A stretch of 64,000 bases of DNA from Planctomycetota bacterium (lineage in GTDB: Bacteria; Planctomycetota; Planctomycetia; Pirellulales; Lacipirellulaceae), in contig JAJRSE010000050.1 of assembly GCA_024278955.1 (NCBI GenBank), positions 1,474 to 65,473 on the forward strand, in the 5' to 3' direction. The notes under the pieces are model-generated. The model saw only the letters and a list, made by a program, of their open reading frames with translations. It was not told where the DNA came from and ran no database searches. The stretch's first letter is position 1, and each line of letters begins with the position of its first letter. Shown here one piece after another: positions 1-10,410 of this stretch. A program made the translations under genes and the position numbers.

Positions 1-31
1 AACGGTGTTTTACCAGAAAAACGTTGGGCAA

Positions 32-55
32 GCCCAGGGATTGCAATCCCTGGGC
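32..55. repeat. Perfect 24-bp palindrome GCCCAGGGATTGCAATCCCTGGGC (REP-like), copy 1
   Basis: Self-complementary; the 27-mer CAAGCCC...GGGC recurs identically at 30284-30310. Confidence 0.85.
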
Positions 56-209
56 CTTATCATTGAAATAGCTTTATCACTGGAATAACCGTGATCGTCG
101 TTGCCGTGTTAACTAGGTCTGGAAGCAAGTTTCCGCTCTTCCGGCGTGACTCCCGGCTGGAGAAACGATAGAATAAGAGAACGCTCCCTCCCAAATTGTA
201 CCTCAAGGA

Positions 210-1868
210 ATGTTGGCTATGGACCAGATCCTGGAACAAGTATCGCGGGCACGCCGCCGGCTGAGTTGGGAGCTATTTCTGAATCGGCTGATTCGCTGTT
301 GGTTTGCGGCGTTGGTAGTGGCAATGGTTGCGATTGCGGTGCCCAAAGTTGCGGCTTTCGAGAACCTGCCCACCCAATGGTCGCTGAAGTGTGGCCTCGT
401 GGCAATGGTTGCCGGTACAATCGTCGCGGCTCTTTGGACTTGGCTGCGAGGGCGCAGCGAGCTGGAAGCTGCGGCTGAAATCGACGAGCGCTATGGCCTC
501 AAAGAGCGGGTGGCAAGTAGCCTTTCGTTGTCGGCCTCTGATGCCGAAACTCCCGCGGGCCAGGCACTGCTTGCCGACGCAGTGCGCGCGGTACGTCGAG
601 TGGATATCGACGAGCGTTTTCGTATTCGCCTCGCATCTCGTGCATGGTTACCAATTGTTCCGGCGCTGCTGGCTTTTATGCTCGCCACGTTGGTCGACAA
701 TCGAGAAGCTCAGAGCCATGTTGATCCGCAAACCAAGATAACCAAAGAGCAACAAGAGAACGTTGCCAAGACTTTGCGCAAACGAATCGCCGAACGCCGC
801 AAGCAGGCCGCGAAGAAGGGCCTCAAAGATGCGGAGGGGCTCTTTCGTGAGCTAGAAAAGCAAACCGAGAAAATGGCCGAAGCTCGCGAGGCCGATCCCA
901 AAAAGACACTCATTAAGCTCAACGACTTAGCCAAGCAGCTCGAAAAGCGCCGGCAGCAACTGGGCGGCGATCAGGAGCTTCGTAAGCAGTTCGCGAAAAT
1001 GAACAACTTGAATCGCGGCCCTGCCGACAAAATGGTCGACGCGATGAAAAAAGGCGACTGGAAAAAAGCGATCAGCGAACTCGATAAACTGAAAACCAAG
1101 CTTGAAAGCGGTAAGCTCGCTCCCGAGGCAAAAAAAGAGTTGGAGAAGCAGCTTGAACAGCTTAAAGAGAAGCTGCAGCAGGCGTCGGAGTCTCGCAAGC
1201 AGGCCATGGAAGAGATCAAGAAACGAATTGAACAAGAAAAGAAAAAGGGCAACCTATCGCGCGCTGGCGATTTGCAACAGAAACTCGACAAAATGCAGCA
1301 ACAGCAACAGAAGATGGAGCAGCTCAACCAGCTCGCCCAAAAAATGGGCGAGTGCCAACAGTGTATGAAAGAAGGCGATTCGCAAGGAGCCGCCGAATCG
1401 CTTGGCCAGATGATGAAGCAAATGGAACAGATGCAGCAAGCCATGGAAGAGAGCGAAATGCTCGACATGGCCATGGATCAATTGCAAATGGCCAAAGACT
1501 CGATGAGCTGTCAGCAGTGTAACGGCGAGGGCTGCCAAGCCTGTGAAGGCGGCGGGATGGGCGATCAGTTTAGCGAGAATCCGGGCAACGGCATGGGAGC
1601 GGGGCGAGGGTTTGGGCCAAGACCCGACGAAAAGAACGCGACCAATTTCCGCAATTCACGAGTTCGCCAGAAGCCTGGCAAAGGGTCCGCCGTGGTTGTA
1701 GGCGAGGCCGAGGGTCCTAACCGCCGGGGACTAGTGATTGAATCGGTCAAAGAGCAAATGGCCGTCGAGGGAGGCCAGCCGGCTGACCCGCTGGTGGTCG
1801 AAAAGCTCCCTAAACCACACCGCGAGCATGCCGAGGAGTACTTTAATAGGCTCCGAGACGGCGAATAA
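210..1868 (+). CDS. Planctomycete-type membrane-anchored coiled-coil hypothetical protein
   Basis: 552-aa ORF; three N-terminal hydrophobic segments, long K/E/Q-rich coiled coil, CQQC..CQAC cluster, Gly-rich tail; start may be ATG 219. Confidence 0.8.
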   Translation: MLAMDQILEQVSRARRRLSWELFLNRLIRCWFAALVVAMVAIAVPKVAAFENLPTQWSLKCGLVAMVAGTIVAALWTWLRGRSELEAAAEIDERYGLKERVASSLSLSASDAETPAGQALLADAVRAVRRVDIDERFRIRLASRAWLPIVPALLAFMLATLVDNREAQSHVDPQTKITKEQQENVAKTLRKRIAERRKQAAKKGLKDAEGLFRELEKQTEKMAEAREADPKKTLIKLNDLAKQLEKRRQQLGGDQELRKQFAKMNNLNRGPADKMVDAMKKGDWKKAISELDKLKTKLESGKLAPEAKKELEKQLEQLKEKLQQASESRKQAMEEIKKRIEQEKKKGNLSRAGDLQQKLDKMQQQQQKMEQLNQLAQKMGECQQCMKEGDSQGAAESLGQMMKQMEQMQQAMEESEMLDMAMDQLQMAKDSMSCQQCNGEGCQACEGGGMGDQFSENPGNGMGAGRGFGPRPDEKNATNFRNSRVRQKPGKGSAVVVGEAEGPNRRGLVIESVKEQMAVEGGQPADPLVVEKLPKPHREHAEEYFNRLRDGE

Positions 1869-2132
1869 GGGCCGTTCTGCCCTCCGATTGGCCATCGAAA
1901 AATCTGGTTTGCCTATATTTTCCATCGACTCCGCCATCCGAGTAGAAATTCTGGCCATTTGGCGTAGGGCAGACAAAATGGGCGCTATATATTGCTAGTC
2001 TCAGGCGATCCCCTCAATGGGGCGGCGGCCAACCGGCATAAGCGGAATTTTCCGCCGATTCGCCGGAAACTGGCCTGTCTTGCTTGTGAACTAGAGTTAT
2101 GTAGCCATTTTTTATGCGACCCAAGGCCCCCC

Positions 2133-4397
2133 ATGAAACACAATTCCCCTCGGCTTTTGACAGCTTCTTTGCTGTTGATCGGGATGATTTCAATCTTTCC
2201 GACAAGTCTTTACGCGACAGCTCCGTCTGCCGACGCTTCTCGATTGACTTCTGCGCTCGACCAGCTCGATGCGTGGGTTGGCTCGGAAGCCAATGGCGAT
2301 AAATGGCGCAAGTACCTAGGCAGCCGCGCGCTACGATCGCAAATCGAGAAAGGCAACGAAGCCGATCCGGCAATCGTTTCGCGAGTACTTGAACAATATC
2401 TCACCGACGCCAAAGGCCTCGACAAAAAGCTGTTTGTCGAGGTGCGGCGTGAGATCGTAGCATGGCGCAACGCTTTGCAGCAGCAATATGTCGGCGACCT
2501 CCCCAAGCTGGCATGGGCATCGCGTGGCGACTATCAACCGGCCAGCCGCGAGGAGCGTCTCGGCCCAAGCCGCAGCCGGCTACGCCAAACCGCTCGGGCA
2601 TTGGAAAAAACTCTCGGCACGAATTCAGCATTTGCCAAAAAATGGAAACGCTATTTACGCTGGGATCGACTAGCACCACACCTCACCGACGAGGTGCCGA
2701 TTAACAGCCAAACCATTGCCGACCTCATCTCGGTTCTCAAACGCTTTCGTTCCAACGTCGCTGGACTAGAAAACCCTGCATTCACGAAAACGGCGGAGGC
2801 CTTAGATCAGCACCTTGAAATGTTCCGCTGGTACCAACTGGTGGAGGAAGTGGGCCATCGGGCTCGAAAAAAGTACAGCGTCCGAGCACTTGAACGACGG
2901 ACCTACATGATCCAACTTTTAGAACTAGAGAAGCAACTTTCGCGGCATGGGCAGTCGTCTACCATTGAGACTTCTCGCAAGGTGGGCGAATTTTTAGCCT
3001 TAGTGCAGAGCCTTGGGCAGTCGCCCCTTTTGATCAAGACGGTTCACGCTAAATTCACCCAGCCCAATGTTTTTTCCGAAGTGGCCGAGTCGGCACTCCG
3101 CCGCCTTGCCGAACGACCTGTCGACGAGACCCAGCCGGTAATAGACTGCATTCTTGGGGCGAGAATCTTAGGAACCGCACGCTCGGTAGGGTGCCTCACG
3201 CTCAAGACACTTCCCTCGGACGATCATGTTGCCCTTGAACTGCAACTAACCGGCGTCATCCATTCAAACACCATCGGCCACAAAAAGCCTGTCCAAATCA
3301 CGAGCCAAGGCACCACCCGTTTTGTCGCGACCAAGCATTTAGAGATCAACGACGACCAATTTCTGGCACAAGCTTCCCTTGCTTCGGCTCGCACAAGCAC
3401 GAAGACTCACTCGATCAAGAAAACGGGCGGCAACTTTGGCCGGCGGTTTGTCGAACGAATTGCCTGGAAAAAAGTTGGTAAAAGCAAATCGCAAAGCGAG
3501 TCGATTGCCTCGCAGCACGCCGAGCAAAAAATAACCAAAAAATTTGACAACCAAGTTTCGGAAATTCTCTACGAAGCCCGAAAAGGCTACGAGCAAAAAG
3601 CTCGGCCCCCTTTGGTTCGGCTTGCGATGTTCCCCGAGTACTTGCAGATGTCTTCGACGGATCATTCGGTCAATATCGAAACGACACTTGCGTCGCACGT
3701 TCAGATGTCGACCGATACGATGCCAGTTACGGTGGTTGGTGCCTCGGATTTTTCGATGAAGGTTCACGAATCTGCTGTCAATAACTTGATCCCCAGCCTC
3801 CTTGCCGGTGTTGGGATCAAGCAAGAGAGCCCTTCGGAACCCCCTCAGTTGCTTGGCGATTATCCTCCTTGGCTGAAAAAAGTTGCCGACCAGCAAAGCG
3901 AGAAGCTCTCGGGCAAAGTCTCCGAAGAAGCGTCAGAGAACTTCAAACCGTTTTCTGTCATTCTTAATCGGACTCATCCCCTCAGCGTCCAATTTGACGA
4001 TCAGAAGGTGAAATTACGTATTCGCATTGCTGAGTTAATTACGCTTGAAGACGGCGAGGAGCAAATCCGAGAGAATTTGGATTTTATTCTTACTTTCGAT
4101 CTTATTCAAAACGGTAACGGCATTATTCTTCGACGTGTTGGCGATATCGAAGTCTTCCCGACGGGTTTCGATCCGAATCCTCTCTGGGGAGATCGTCTGC
4201 CGAATAAATTCGTTGGTACTCGTGGAGCTCTCTCGAAGATTCTCAAGAAGCGGGCCGAAAGCGAGAAGGGTTTGCCGAAGGAAATTTCTATTCCCTCCGT
4301 TCAAATCCCTCTTCCTTCAGGCAAGAAGCTTGCGCTTGTGATTCAGCACCTCGACTGCGACAACGGTTGGCTGAGTATCGGCTATCAAGTGCCCTGA
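2133..4397 (+). CDS. Secreted hypothetical protein
   Basis: Long ORF (track 1992..4397); ATG 2133 opens a signal-peptide-like MKHNSPRLLTASLLLIGMISIF; no family recognised. Confidence 0.75.
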   Translation: MKHNSPRLLTASLLLIGMISIFPTSLYATAPSADASRLTSALDQLDAWVGSEANGDKWRKYLGSRALRSQIEKGNEADPAIVSRVLEQYLTDAKGLDKKLFVEVRREIVAWRNALQQQYVGDLPKLAWASRGDYQPASREERLGPSRSRLRQTARALEKTLGTNSAFAKKWKRYLRWDRLAPHLTDEVPINSQTIADLISVLKRFRSNVAGLENPAFTKTAEALDQHLEMFRWYQLVEEVGHRARKKYSVRALERRTYMIQLLELEKQLSRHGQSSTIETSRKVGEFLALVQSLGQSPLLIKTVHAKFTQPNVFSEVAESALRRLAERPVDETQPVIDCILGARILGTARSVGCLTLKTLPSDDHVALELQLTGVIHSNTIGHKKPVQITSQGTTRFVATKHLEINDDQFLAQASLASARTSTKTHSIKKTGGNFGRRFVERIAWKKVGKSKSQSESIASQHAEQKITKKFDNQVSEILYEARKGYEQKARPPLVRLAMFPEYLQMSSTDHSVNIETTLASHVQMSTDTMPVTVVGASDFSMKVHESAVNNLIPSLLAGVGIKQESPSEPPQLLGDYPPWLKKVADQQSEKLSGKVSEEASENFKPFSVILNRTHPLSVQFDDQKVKLRIRIAELITLEDGEEQIRENLDFILTFDLIQNGNGIILRRVGDIEVFPTGFDPNPLWGDRLPNKFVGTRGALSKILKKRAESEKGLPKEISIPSVQIPLPSGKKLALVIQHLDCDNGWLSIGYQVP

Positions 4398-4612
4398 GTT
4401 CGCAGCTCCCCCACCCCTCCCAGGCCGAACCGCTAGCAAGTTCTTTTGCAGCGGCTCGTTTTGATGCGCTGCTAGCAAAAAAATCGATTTCCGCATTATT
4501 GACCAGCAATGTCAAAGTTTAATGATTGGGGTGACGATAACAATTGCACTGACTTTTCTGGCGGTAACTGCGCGACCAATATTGGCCGCCCTGTGCTAGC
4601 AGATGGTCGGTA

Positions 4613-4658
4613 CTAGTGCTTTGTCATTATCAAAAATTCGGGTGTGACAAAGCAGTAG
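4613..4658. repeat. CTAG-TGCTTTGTCA inverted-repeat mini element (MITE/REP-like)
   Basis: CTAGTGCTTTGTCA...TGACAAAGCAGTAG; 25 bp (4618-4642) is the exact reverse complement of 57086-57110. Confidence 0.7.
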
Positions 4659-4778
4659 GGGGGGTGGGGAATTTTCAAGGGTCGATTTGCCGTGGCAGGT
4701 CGTCTCGTGAAATTTCCTCGATGTCCCGTGGCGGCTAGTGGAGCCATCACGGACCACCCTCGCTAGGAACGCAGCATC

Positions 4779-7364
4779 ATGAATCGGCAGGCTCGATCTT
4801 CTATCTCGTTGGCCCTTTGTCTTCTGACAATTTTGTCAGGGTGCAAACCGTTGCAACCAATTTTCCTCTCCGAAGACGGGAATTTGTTTGGCAAGGGCGA
4901 TCTTTCGCACTACATGGATGTGGCGACACAAATCGAGTACCCCGATGTCAACGAAACCTCGCTCGACGAAGTCTATTCGGCCCATCCGCCGCTGACGCTC
5001 GGCAATGCCGAGGATTATGATTTTTGGGATCTGACGTTAGAAGAAATCACACGTATTACCTTGCAAAACAGCAAAGTCATTCGCCAGCTCGGTGGCCGTA
5101 TTTCGGATGCTGGAAGCAACATTGCGAATACCACTCCTACCACGCTTACCGGTAACGGGGTTGCAGTCACGACGTCGTTCGATCCGGCTTTGGTCGAAAG
5201 CGGTAACGGCACCGCGACGGGTAGCCAGTTGAGCGGCACCGGCGTCGAAGCGGCCCTGGCCGAGTTTGACGCGAGACTCGATAGTAGCATCAACTGGGGT
5301 TACGTTGACCGGCCCCAGAACTTTGGCGGCGGCATCGTGGGTACCTTTTTTGCCAACAACTTCCGACAAGACACCGGCAACGGCACCATTGGTATTACCA
5401 AAACCACGGCCAACGGTAGCACCTTTGAGGTTCGGAATAACACGCTTTACGATTTCAACAACAACGGCAGCCGGGCCCAGCCGAGCGACTGGCTCACCAA
5501 CTTTGAAGCGGCATTCACCCAGCCTTTGCTCCAAGGTGCTGGCACCCAATACAACCGTATTGCAGGTCCGTACTCTTTCCAGCAAGCGGCCAGCGGGTTC
5601 TTGAACCAAATCGATGGAGTGATGATTTCTCGAATCCGGCATGACATTACCCTAACCGATTTTGAACAAGCGATTCGCGACCTAATGCGAGACGTGGAAG
5701 AGGGTTATTGGGAACTTTACTTTACTTATCGCGATCTCGAAGCTCGCAAGACAGGACGCGACAGTGCTTTGGAAACTTGGAGACGAATCAAAACCATTCA
5801 ACGCGTCGGCGGTCAAGGCGGCGAAGCCAGCAACGAAGCTCAGGCTCGCTCGCAATATTTTCTCTTCCGTTCGCAAGCCGAGTCGGCACAGACCAATTTG
5901 TTCCGTGTCGAAAACCGCCTGCGCTATATGATGGGACTCGCGGTATCCGACGGACGGCTGATTCGCCCGATCGACGAACCAACGACGGCCCAAGTTCGTT
6001 TCGATTGGACAACCATCCACTGCGAAGCTCTGGCTCGGCGAAGCGAGTTGCGTAGCCAACGATGGCAAATCAAAAGACGCGAGCTCGAGTTAATCGCTTC
6101 TCGAAACCACTTGCTACCGCGGCTCGACGCCGTGGGGCGGTACCGTTGGTTAGGTGCTGGCGACGATCTGATCAATAGCGGCGGTACGGGGATTGCTCCT
6201 TTTGCGGATGGCTCGAATGCGTTTGAAGTTTTAACCAGCGGCAACTACCAAGAATGGGAACTGGGCGTTCAGCTCTCCATTCCAATCGGTTTCCGCAGGG
6301 CGATGGTCGGAGTTCGGCATCATCAATTGCTGTTGGCTCGCGAACGGGCGGTGCTCGAAGATATGGAACTTGAAGTGTCACATCAACTTGGCGATGCCAT
6401 TCGAGATATTGATCTTAACTTCGCAGGCACCCAAACCAACTTTAACCGTCGGGTTGCGGCGGTCGACGAAGTCGATGCGGTGAGGACGCTATTTGACGTA
6501 GGAAATACCACCCTCGATCAGCTTCTCGACGCCCAACGCCGGCGTTCGGAAGCCGACTCGGCGTATTACCGTTCGCTCGTTGACTACAATCGGTCAATCA
6601 TGCGAGCCCACCATCGCAAGGGATCTCTGCTCGAATACAACGGCGTTTACTTGGCCGAGGGACCTTGGCCTGGCAAGGGTTACTTTGATGCATTGCGGCG
6701 GGCTCGTCAGCGCGACGCAAGTACTTATCTCGATTATGGGTTCACTCGTCCGAATGTCATTAGCCGTGGCGCACATGGGCAGCATACTGGCCAAGCTTCT
6801 CTTTTCGTTGATCAGCCGACACCTGCCCCCGAGAAGCAGCCGGTCGAGGAGATGATTCCTGCTCCTGGAAATCCTGCTTCGGAAAACACCGAAGCAGGAA
6901 ACACCGAAGCAGAAAATATCGAAGCGCCTGACCGGACGACTGGCGTGACTATTTTCAACAAAGACCTGGCAGCCCTTCCCTCAGTTGCTGCTGAAGCAGC
7001 TTCGCCCAGTGGAGTCATTCCAGCAAATCCGCAAGCAAATTTGTCTGATTTCCAGACAAAAATCGCTACACTGTTAGCAGAGCCGATTGCTCTTTCGGCA
7101 CCGCAGCACGTGGCTCCTCAAAACCTCGCTAACGGAACAGTTTCCCTCCCGAGTAACCCGTATCGGAACCAACGGACAAGCTGGAACGACTTGTCGGCTC
7201 CTAATACCCCCAACGAATTGACACCGATCAATTCGTTGCGCCACCCGAACCCACAGCACCAGACTCCAAGCGACTTAACAGGCAAACTTCCGTCGACCGA
7301 CCTCCATGAATCTGTCTCGCATCATTCGACTTCTGAAACTTCTTCAAGCGTTACAAGCAGGTGA
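4779..7364 (+). CDS. TolC/outer-membrane efflux family lipoprotein with long low-complexity C-terminal tail
   Basis: Lipobox-like LSGC; OEP repeat motifs (FTQPLLQG, LLPRLDA, GVQLSIPIGFR); P/A/S/N-rich tail. Confidence 0.8.
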   Translation: MNRQARSSISLALCLLTILSGCKPLQPIFLSEDGNLFGKGDLSHYMDVATQIEYPDVNETSLDEVYSAHPPLTLGNAEDYDFWDLTLEEITRITLQNSKVIRQLGGRISDAGSNIANTTPTTLTGNGVAVTTSFDPALVESGNGTATGSQLSGTGVEAALAEFDARLDSSINWGYVDRPQNFGGGIVGTFFANNFRQDTGNGTIGITKTTANGSTFEVRNNTLYDFNNNGSRAQPSDWLTNFEAAFTQPLLQGAGTQYNRIAGPYSFQQAASGFLNQIDGVMISRIRHDITLTDFEQAIRDLMRDVEEGYWELYFTYRDLEARKTGRDSALETWRRIKTIQRVGGQGGEASNEAQARSQYFLFRSQAESAQTNLFRVENRLRYMMGLAVSDGRLIRPIDEPTTAQVRFDWTTIHCEALARRSELRSQRWQIKRRELELIASRNHLLPRLDAVGRYRWLGAGDDLINSGGTGIAPFADGSNAFEVLTSGNYQEWELGVQLSIPIGFRRAMVGVRHHQLLLARERAVLEDMELEVSHQLGDAIRDIDLNFAGTQTNFNRRVAAVDEVDAVRTLFDVGNTTLDQLLDAQRRRSEADSAYYRSLVDYNRSIMRAHHRKGSLLEYNGVYLAEGPWPGKGYFDALRRARQRDASTYLDYGFTRPNVISRGAHGQHTGQASLFVDQPTPAPEKQPVEEMIPAPGNPASENTEAGNTEAENIEAPDRTTGVTIFNKDLAALPSVAAEAASPSGVIPANPQANLSDFQTKIATLLAEPIALSAPQHVAPQNLANGTVSLPSNPYRNQRTSWNDLSAPNTPNELTPINSLRHPNPQHQTPSDLTGKLPSTDLHESVSHHSTSETSSSVTSR
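6882..6926 (+). repeat. In-frame 15-bp tandem repeat x3 (ENTEA-GNTEA-ENIEA)
   Basis: gaaaacaccgaagca ggaaacaccgaagca gaaaatatcgaagcg. Confidence 0.7.
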
Positions 7365-8280
7365 CGTACAAAACGCGGATGCGTTGGCCGATGCGTGTGA
7401 GGTAAGCCGCAGGACGATATTTCGCGATATCGAAACTCTTCGCGCAGCTGGCGTGCCGCTCGAGTTTGACCGCAAGGCCGATCGGTATTCGATTTCTAGC
7501 TCCTTCTTTTTGCCTCCGACCAACTTTACGGCTGAGGAAGCGTTGTCGTTGATCGCACTTGCCGGGCAAATGGGGTCGCATAAGGGGTTGCCTCTGTACG
7601 AACCGGCACGACGAGCCGTGTTGAAGTTGGAAAGCAGCCTCCCCGGCCCGTTGCGCGAAGAGCTTCAAAGCCTTACGCGGGCGATCCAGATTAACATCGA
7701 CCCGACCAACCCGCTGGAAGGAAAAAACGTAGTTTATCAACAATTGGTCCAATCGATTGCAAGTCGCAGGGTGGCGAAAATTCGTTACGCAAGTCTCACC
7801 GAGTTAGAAACAATTGAAACGAAGCTGCGTCCGTATCAGTTGTTGTTTAGCCGACGTAGCTGGCACGTAGTGGGCCGAAGCACGCTGCATGCGGAGATCC
7901 GTATTTTTAATTTGAGTCGAATTACTCGTATCGAGTTGCTCACGCAAAAATACTCGGTTGCTCGAAGATTTAACCTCGAATCTTACTTGGGAAATGCCTG
8001 GAATCTGATTCCTGAAAGAGGTCCCGATTCAAACGTGGTGGTACGATTCCAGCCGATGGTGGCCAAGAACGTAAGCGAAGTGCTTTGGCACAAAACGCAG
8101 TCGCTGAAATTCTTGAAAGATGGGTGCCTCGAATTCTCGGTTTGTGTTTCGGGGTTAAGCGAGATTGCTTGGTGGATCTTAGGGTACGGCGACCAAGCCG
8201 AGGTGCTCAAACCGGCCAAGTTGCGAAAGATCATTGCACACCGAGTAGCGAATATGCATGAGTTGTATAGAGGCGGGTAG
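7306..8280 (+). CDS. HTH-WYL-WCX transcriptional regulator (YafY/PafC family)
   Basis: N-terminal wHTH (LADACEVSRRTIFRDIETLRAAGVP), WYL-domain signature (RPYQL..RSWHVVG..RIFNLSRI), C-terminal WILGYGDQAEVLKP. Confidence 0.9.
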   Translation: MNLSRIIRLLKLLQALQAGDVQNADALADACEVSRRTIFRDIETLRAAGVPLEFDRKADRYSISSSFFLPPTNFTAEEALSLIALAGQMGSHKGLPLYEPARRAVLKLESSLPGPLREELQSLTRAIQINIDPTNPLEGKNVVYQQLVQSIASRRVAKIRYASLTELETIETKLRPYQLLFSRRSWHVVGRSTLHAEIRIFNLSRITRIELLTQKYSVARRFNLESYLGNAWNLIPERGPDSNVVVRFQPMVAKNVSEVLWHKTQSLKFLKDGCLEFSVCVSGLSEIAWWILGYGDQAEVLKPAKLRKIIAHRVANMHELYRGG

Positions 8281-8463
8281 CTGCTAGTTGCTGGCCATCT
8301 CTAGGATGTTTTTCATGATGTTTTCGGCCAAACAGACTACGACCTCCCCACTCTTTACCTCAGCCACCCCTGCTTACCAAGAGGTTCTGAAAAATCGTCT
8401 CCGCTAGCTACCCGCAATCGCGACGTTCGCACTGCGGCCCAGCAAGAAACGAGTTATACTTGA

Positions 8464-8587
8464 TTCTAGTATTTCATCGCGGCTTGGTTTTCGGGTGCCA
8501 CTGCTGGCTCGTCCAGCAGTGCGAAGCGGGTACCCGGCGTCCACTGCTGGGCAAGCCAGCAGTGGCACCCAACTCGAAAATTGAGCT
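8464..8587. repeat. REP doublet of the CACTGCTGG-N5-CCAGCAGTG family
   Basis: Two inverted hairpin units at 8493-8521 and 8542-8570; flanks shared with copies at 12640-12707 and 37069-37128. Confidence 0.85.
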
Positions 8588-8672
8588 ACGGTAGACTATT
8601 AGGCCCCGATTGGACTGCCCCGACGGGCATCCCCAGAAGAACGGTCGATTTCAAGGAACAACAGGCACGATC

Positions 8673-10322
8673 GTGAACCCGTTGCAAGCCAACAACCTCA
8701 GCCGCCCAAGCTCCGAACTCCCTCTGGAGGACACGGCTGCGCAGCCCCTAGGCGCTCTGGGCGAGGGTCCTCCCCCTGACGCACCCGATCAACCAAGCGA
8801 GGACAAGTCCGGCGGACGCCGCGGTTTGCTTAGCTCCCTCTTCGCAACTGCTGGCGTCTGGCTATTTGCTGGTCAGATGTCGTCTTGGCTGGCAAGCATG
8901 CTGATTCACGGAAGCATTGCTTTTGCGCTTTCGCTATTGATATTTATCGCGCCCAGCACAGGGCCCAGTTTGTGGTTGGAAGGGACGGTGCAATCAGACC
9001 AGGCCGATTCGCTTGATTTCGACCTGAGCACTCTCGAAGATTCAGGCGACAGTTCAGACACTTCCCACGATCAAGCGGTAACTCTTCCGGAAGTCGGAAC
9101 CTTAGGCACCAACAGCCTACTGGCGCCGCCGCAACTCGAGTCCTTTGAAAAGGCCGTAACCTCCCAGCCATCGACTTTCTCGATCGAGTCGATTGGCGAC
9201 CCGCTCGCTTCGCAGGGCGGAGGAGTCGAAGGCCGACGGCTACAGAATCGCCGCGCTCTGGCTTTAGGCAACGGAGGAACCGGCGCCAGCGAATCGGCAG
9301 TCGAAAAAGGACTCGCCTGGCTAGCGGCCCATCAGAGCGAAGACGGCGGGTGGCGATTCAATCTCAAACTTGCTCCCCAGTGTGCCGGCGAGTGTCGAGA
9401 CTCGGGCATCATCGATTCAACCACCGCTTCCACGGGCCTTGCGCTGCTCTGTTTTTTAGGGGCCGGTTACACCCAGCACGAAGGTCCGTACCAGAATGTC
9501 GTTGCAGATGGGCTGTATTACCTTTCCAAAAAAATGGTGCTTACCAACCACGGTGGCGACCTGCGAGATACCTCGATGCTCGACAAACTGGGCGAGGCGA
9601 TCCCGACTTTCCGCAAGAGCGGCGACATGTACTCCCACGGAATCGCCACGCTCGCGCTTTGCGAAGCCTATGCAATGACCCACGACCCCGAAATTGCCCA
9701 GTCGGCTCAACGGGCGGTCGACTTCATCGTCTACGCACAACACAAACAAGGCGGCTGGCGTTACGAGCCCCGCGAGCCCGGCGATACGACCGTTAGCGGC
9801 TGGCAAGTAACGGCCCTCAAAAGTGCGTTACTCGGAAAATTAAAAGTGCCACGCGAAGTTTGGTATCGAGCCTCCGACTATTTCGACAGCGTCCAAGACG
9901 ACCGAGGAGCCACCTACGGCTATCAGTCGCCCTCCAAAATGCGGCGATCTACTACCATCGTTGGTCTCTTCAGCCGCATGATTCTAGGTTGGCCTCGAAA
10001 TCATCCGCCGCTGATAAAGGGAATGAACCAAATCGCCAAGCAGCTGCCCCACAAAAACCATATGTATTTCAACTACTACGCAACCCAAGCCCTCTATCAC
10101 GTCGGTGGCACCGGCTGGAAGCGTTGGAATCCCCGCATGAGAGACTACCTCGTCGACACGCAAGCAACCGCCGGCCACGAAGCCGGCAGTTGGTATTTCG
10201 ACGAAGAATGGAGCGACCGCGGCGGCCGCCTCTACTGCACGACCCTCTCGATCCTCACCCTAGAAGTCTATTACCGCTACATGCCGATGTACCGCAAAGC
10301 TTTCGTCGAAGAAGCACCGTAG
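8673..10322 (+). CDS. Prenyltransferase/squalene-hopene-cyclase-repeat protein (planctomycete membrane-anchored type)
   Basis: QW-like repeats (GLAWLAAHQSEDGGW, YAQHKQGGWRY, GSW); N-terminal TM; GTG 8673 preferred over track start 8610. Confidence 0.8.
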   Translation: MNPLQANNLSRPSSELPLEDTAAQPLGALGEGPPPDAPDQPSEDKSGGRRGLLSSLFATAGVWLFAGQMSSWLASMLIHGSIAFALSLLIFIAPSTGPSLWLEGTVQSDQADSLDFDLSTLEDSGDSSDTSHDQAVTLPEVGTLGTNSLLAPPQLESFEKAVTSQPSTFSIESIGDPLASQGGGVEGRRLQNRRALALGNGGTGASESAVEKGLAWLAAHQSEDGGWRFNLKLAPQCAGECRDSGIIDSTTASTGLALLCFLGAGYTQHEGPYQNVVADGLYYLSKKMVLTNHGGDLRDTSMLDKLGEAIPTFRKSGDMYSHGIATLALCEAYAMTHDPEIAQSAQRAVDFIVYAQHKQGGWRYEPREPGDTTVSGWQVTALKSALLGKLKVPREVWYRASDYFDSVQDDRGATYGYQSPSKMRRSTTIVGLFSRMILGWPRNHPPLIKGMNQIAKQLPHKNHMYFNYYATQALYHVGGTGWKRWNPRMRDYLVDTQATAGHEAGSWYFDEEWSDRGGRLYCTTLSILTLEVYYRYMPMYRKAFVEEAP

Positions 10323-10410
10323 CGGGGGAATGACTCACGCACCCTATCTTCATGTCCTAGCGATCCAAGTCGACGTATCCAACGACTGCGACACGGGCAT
10401 TCGTTGCCCA

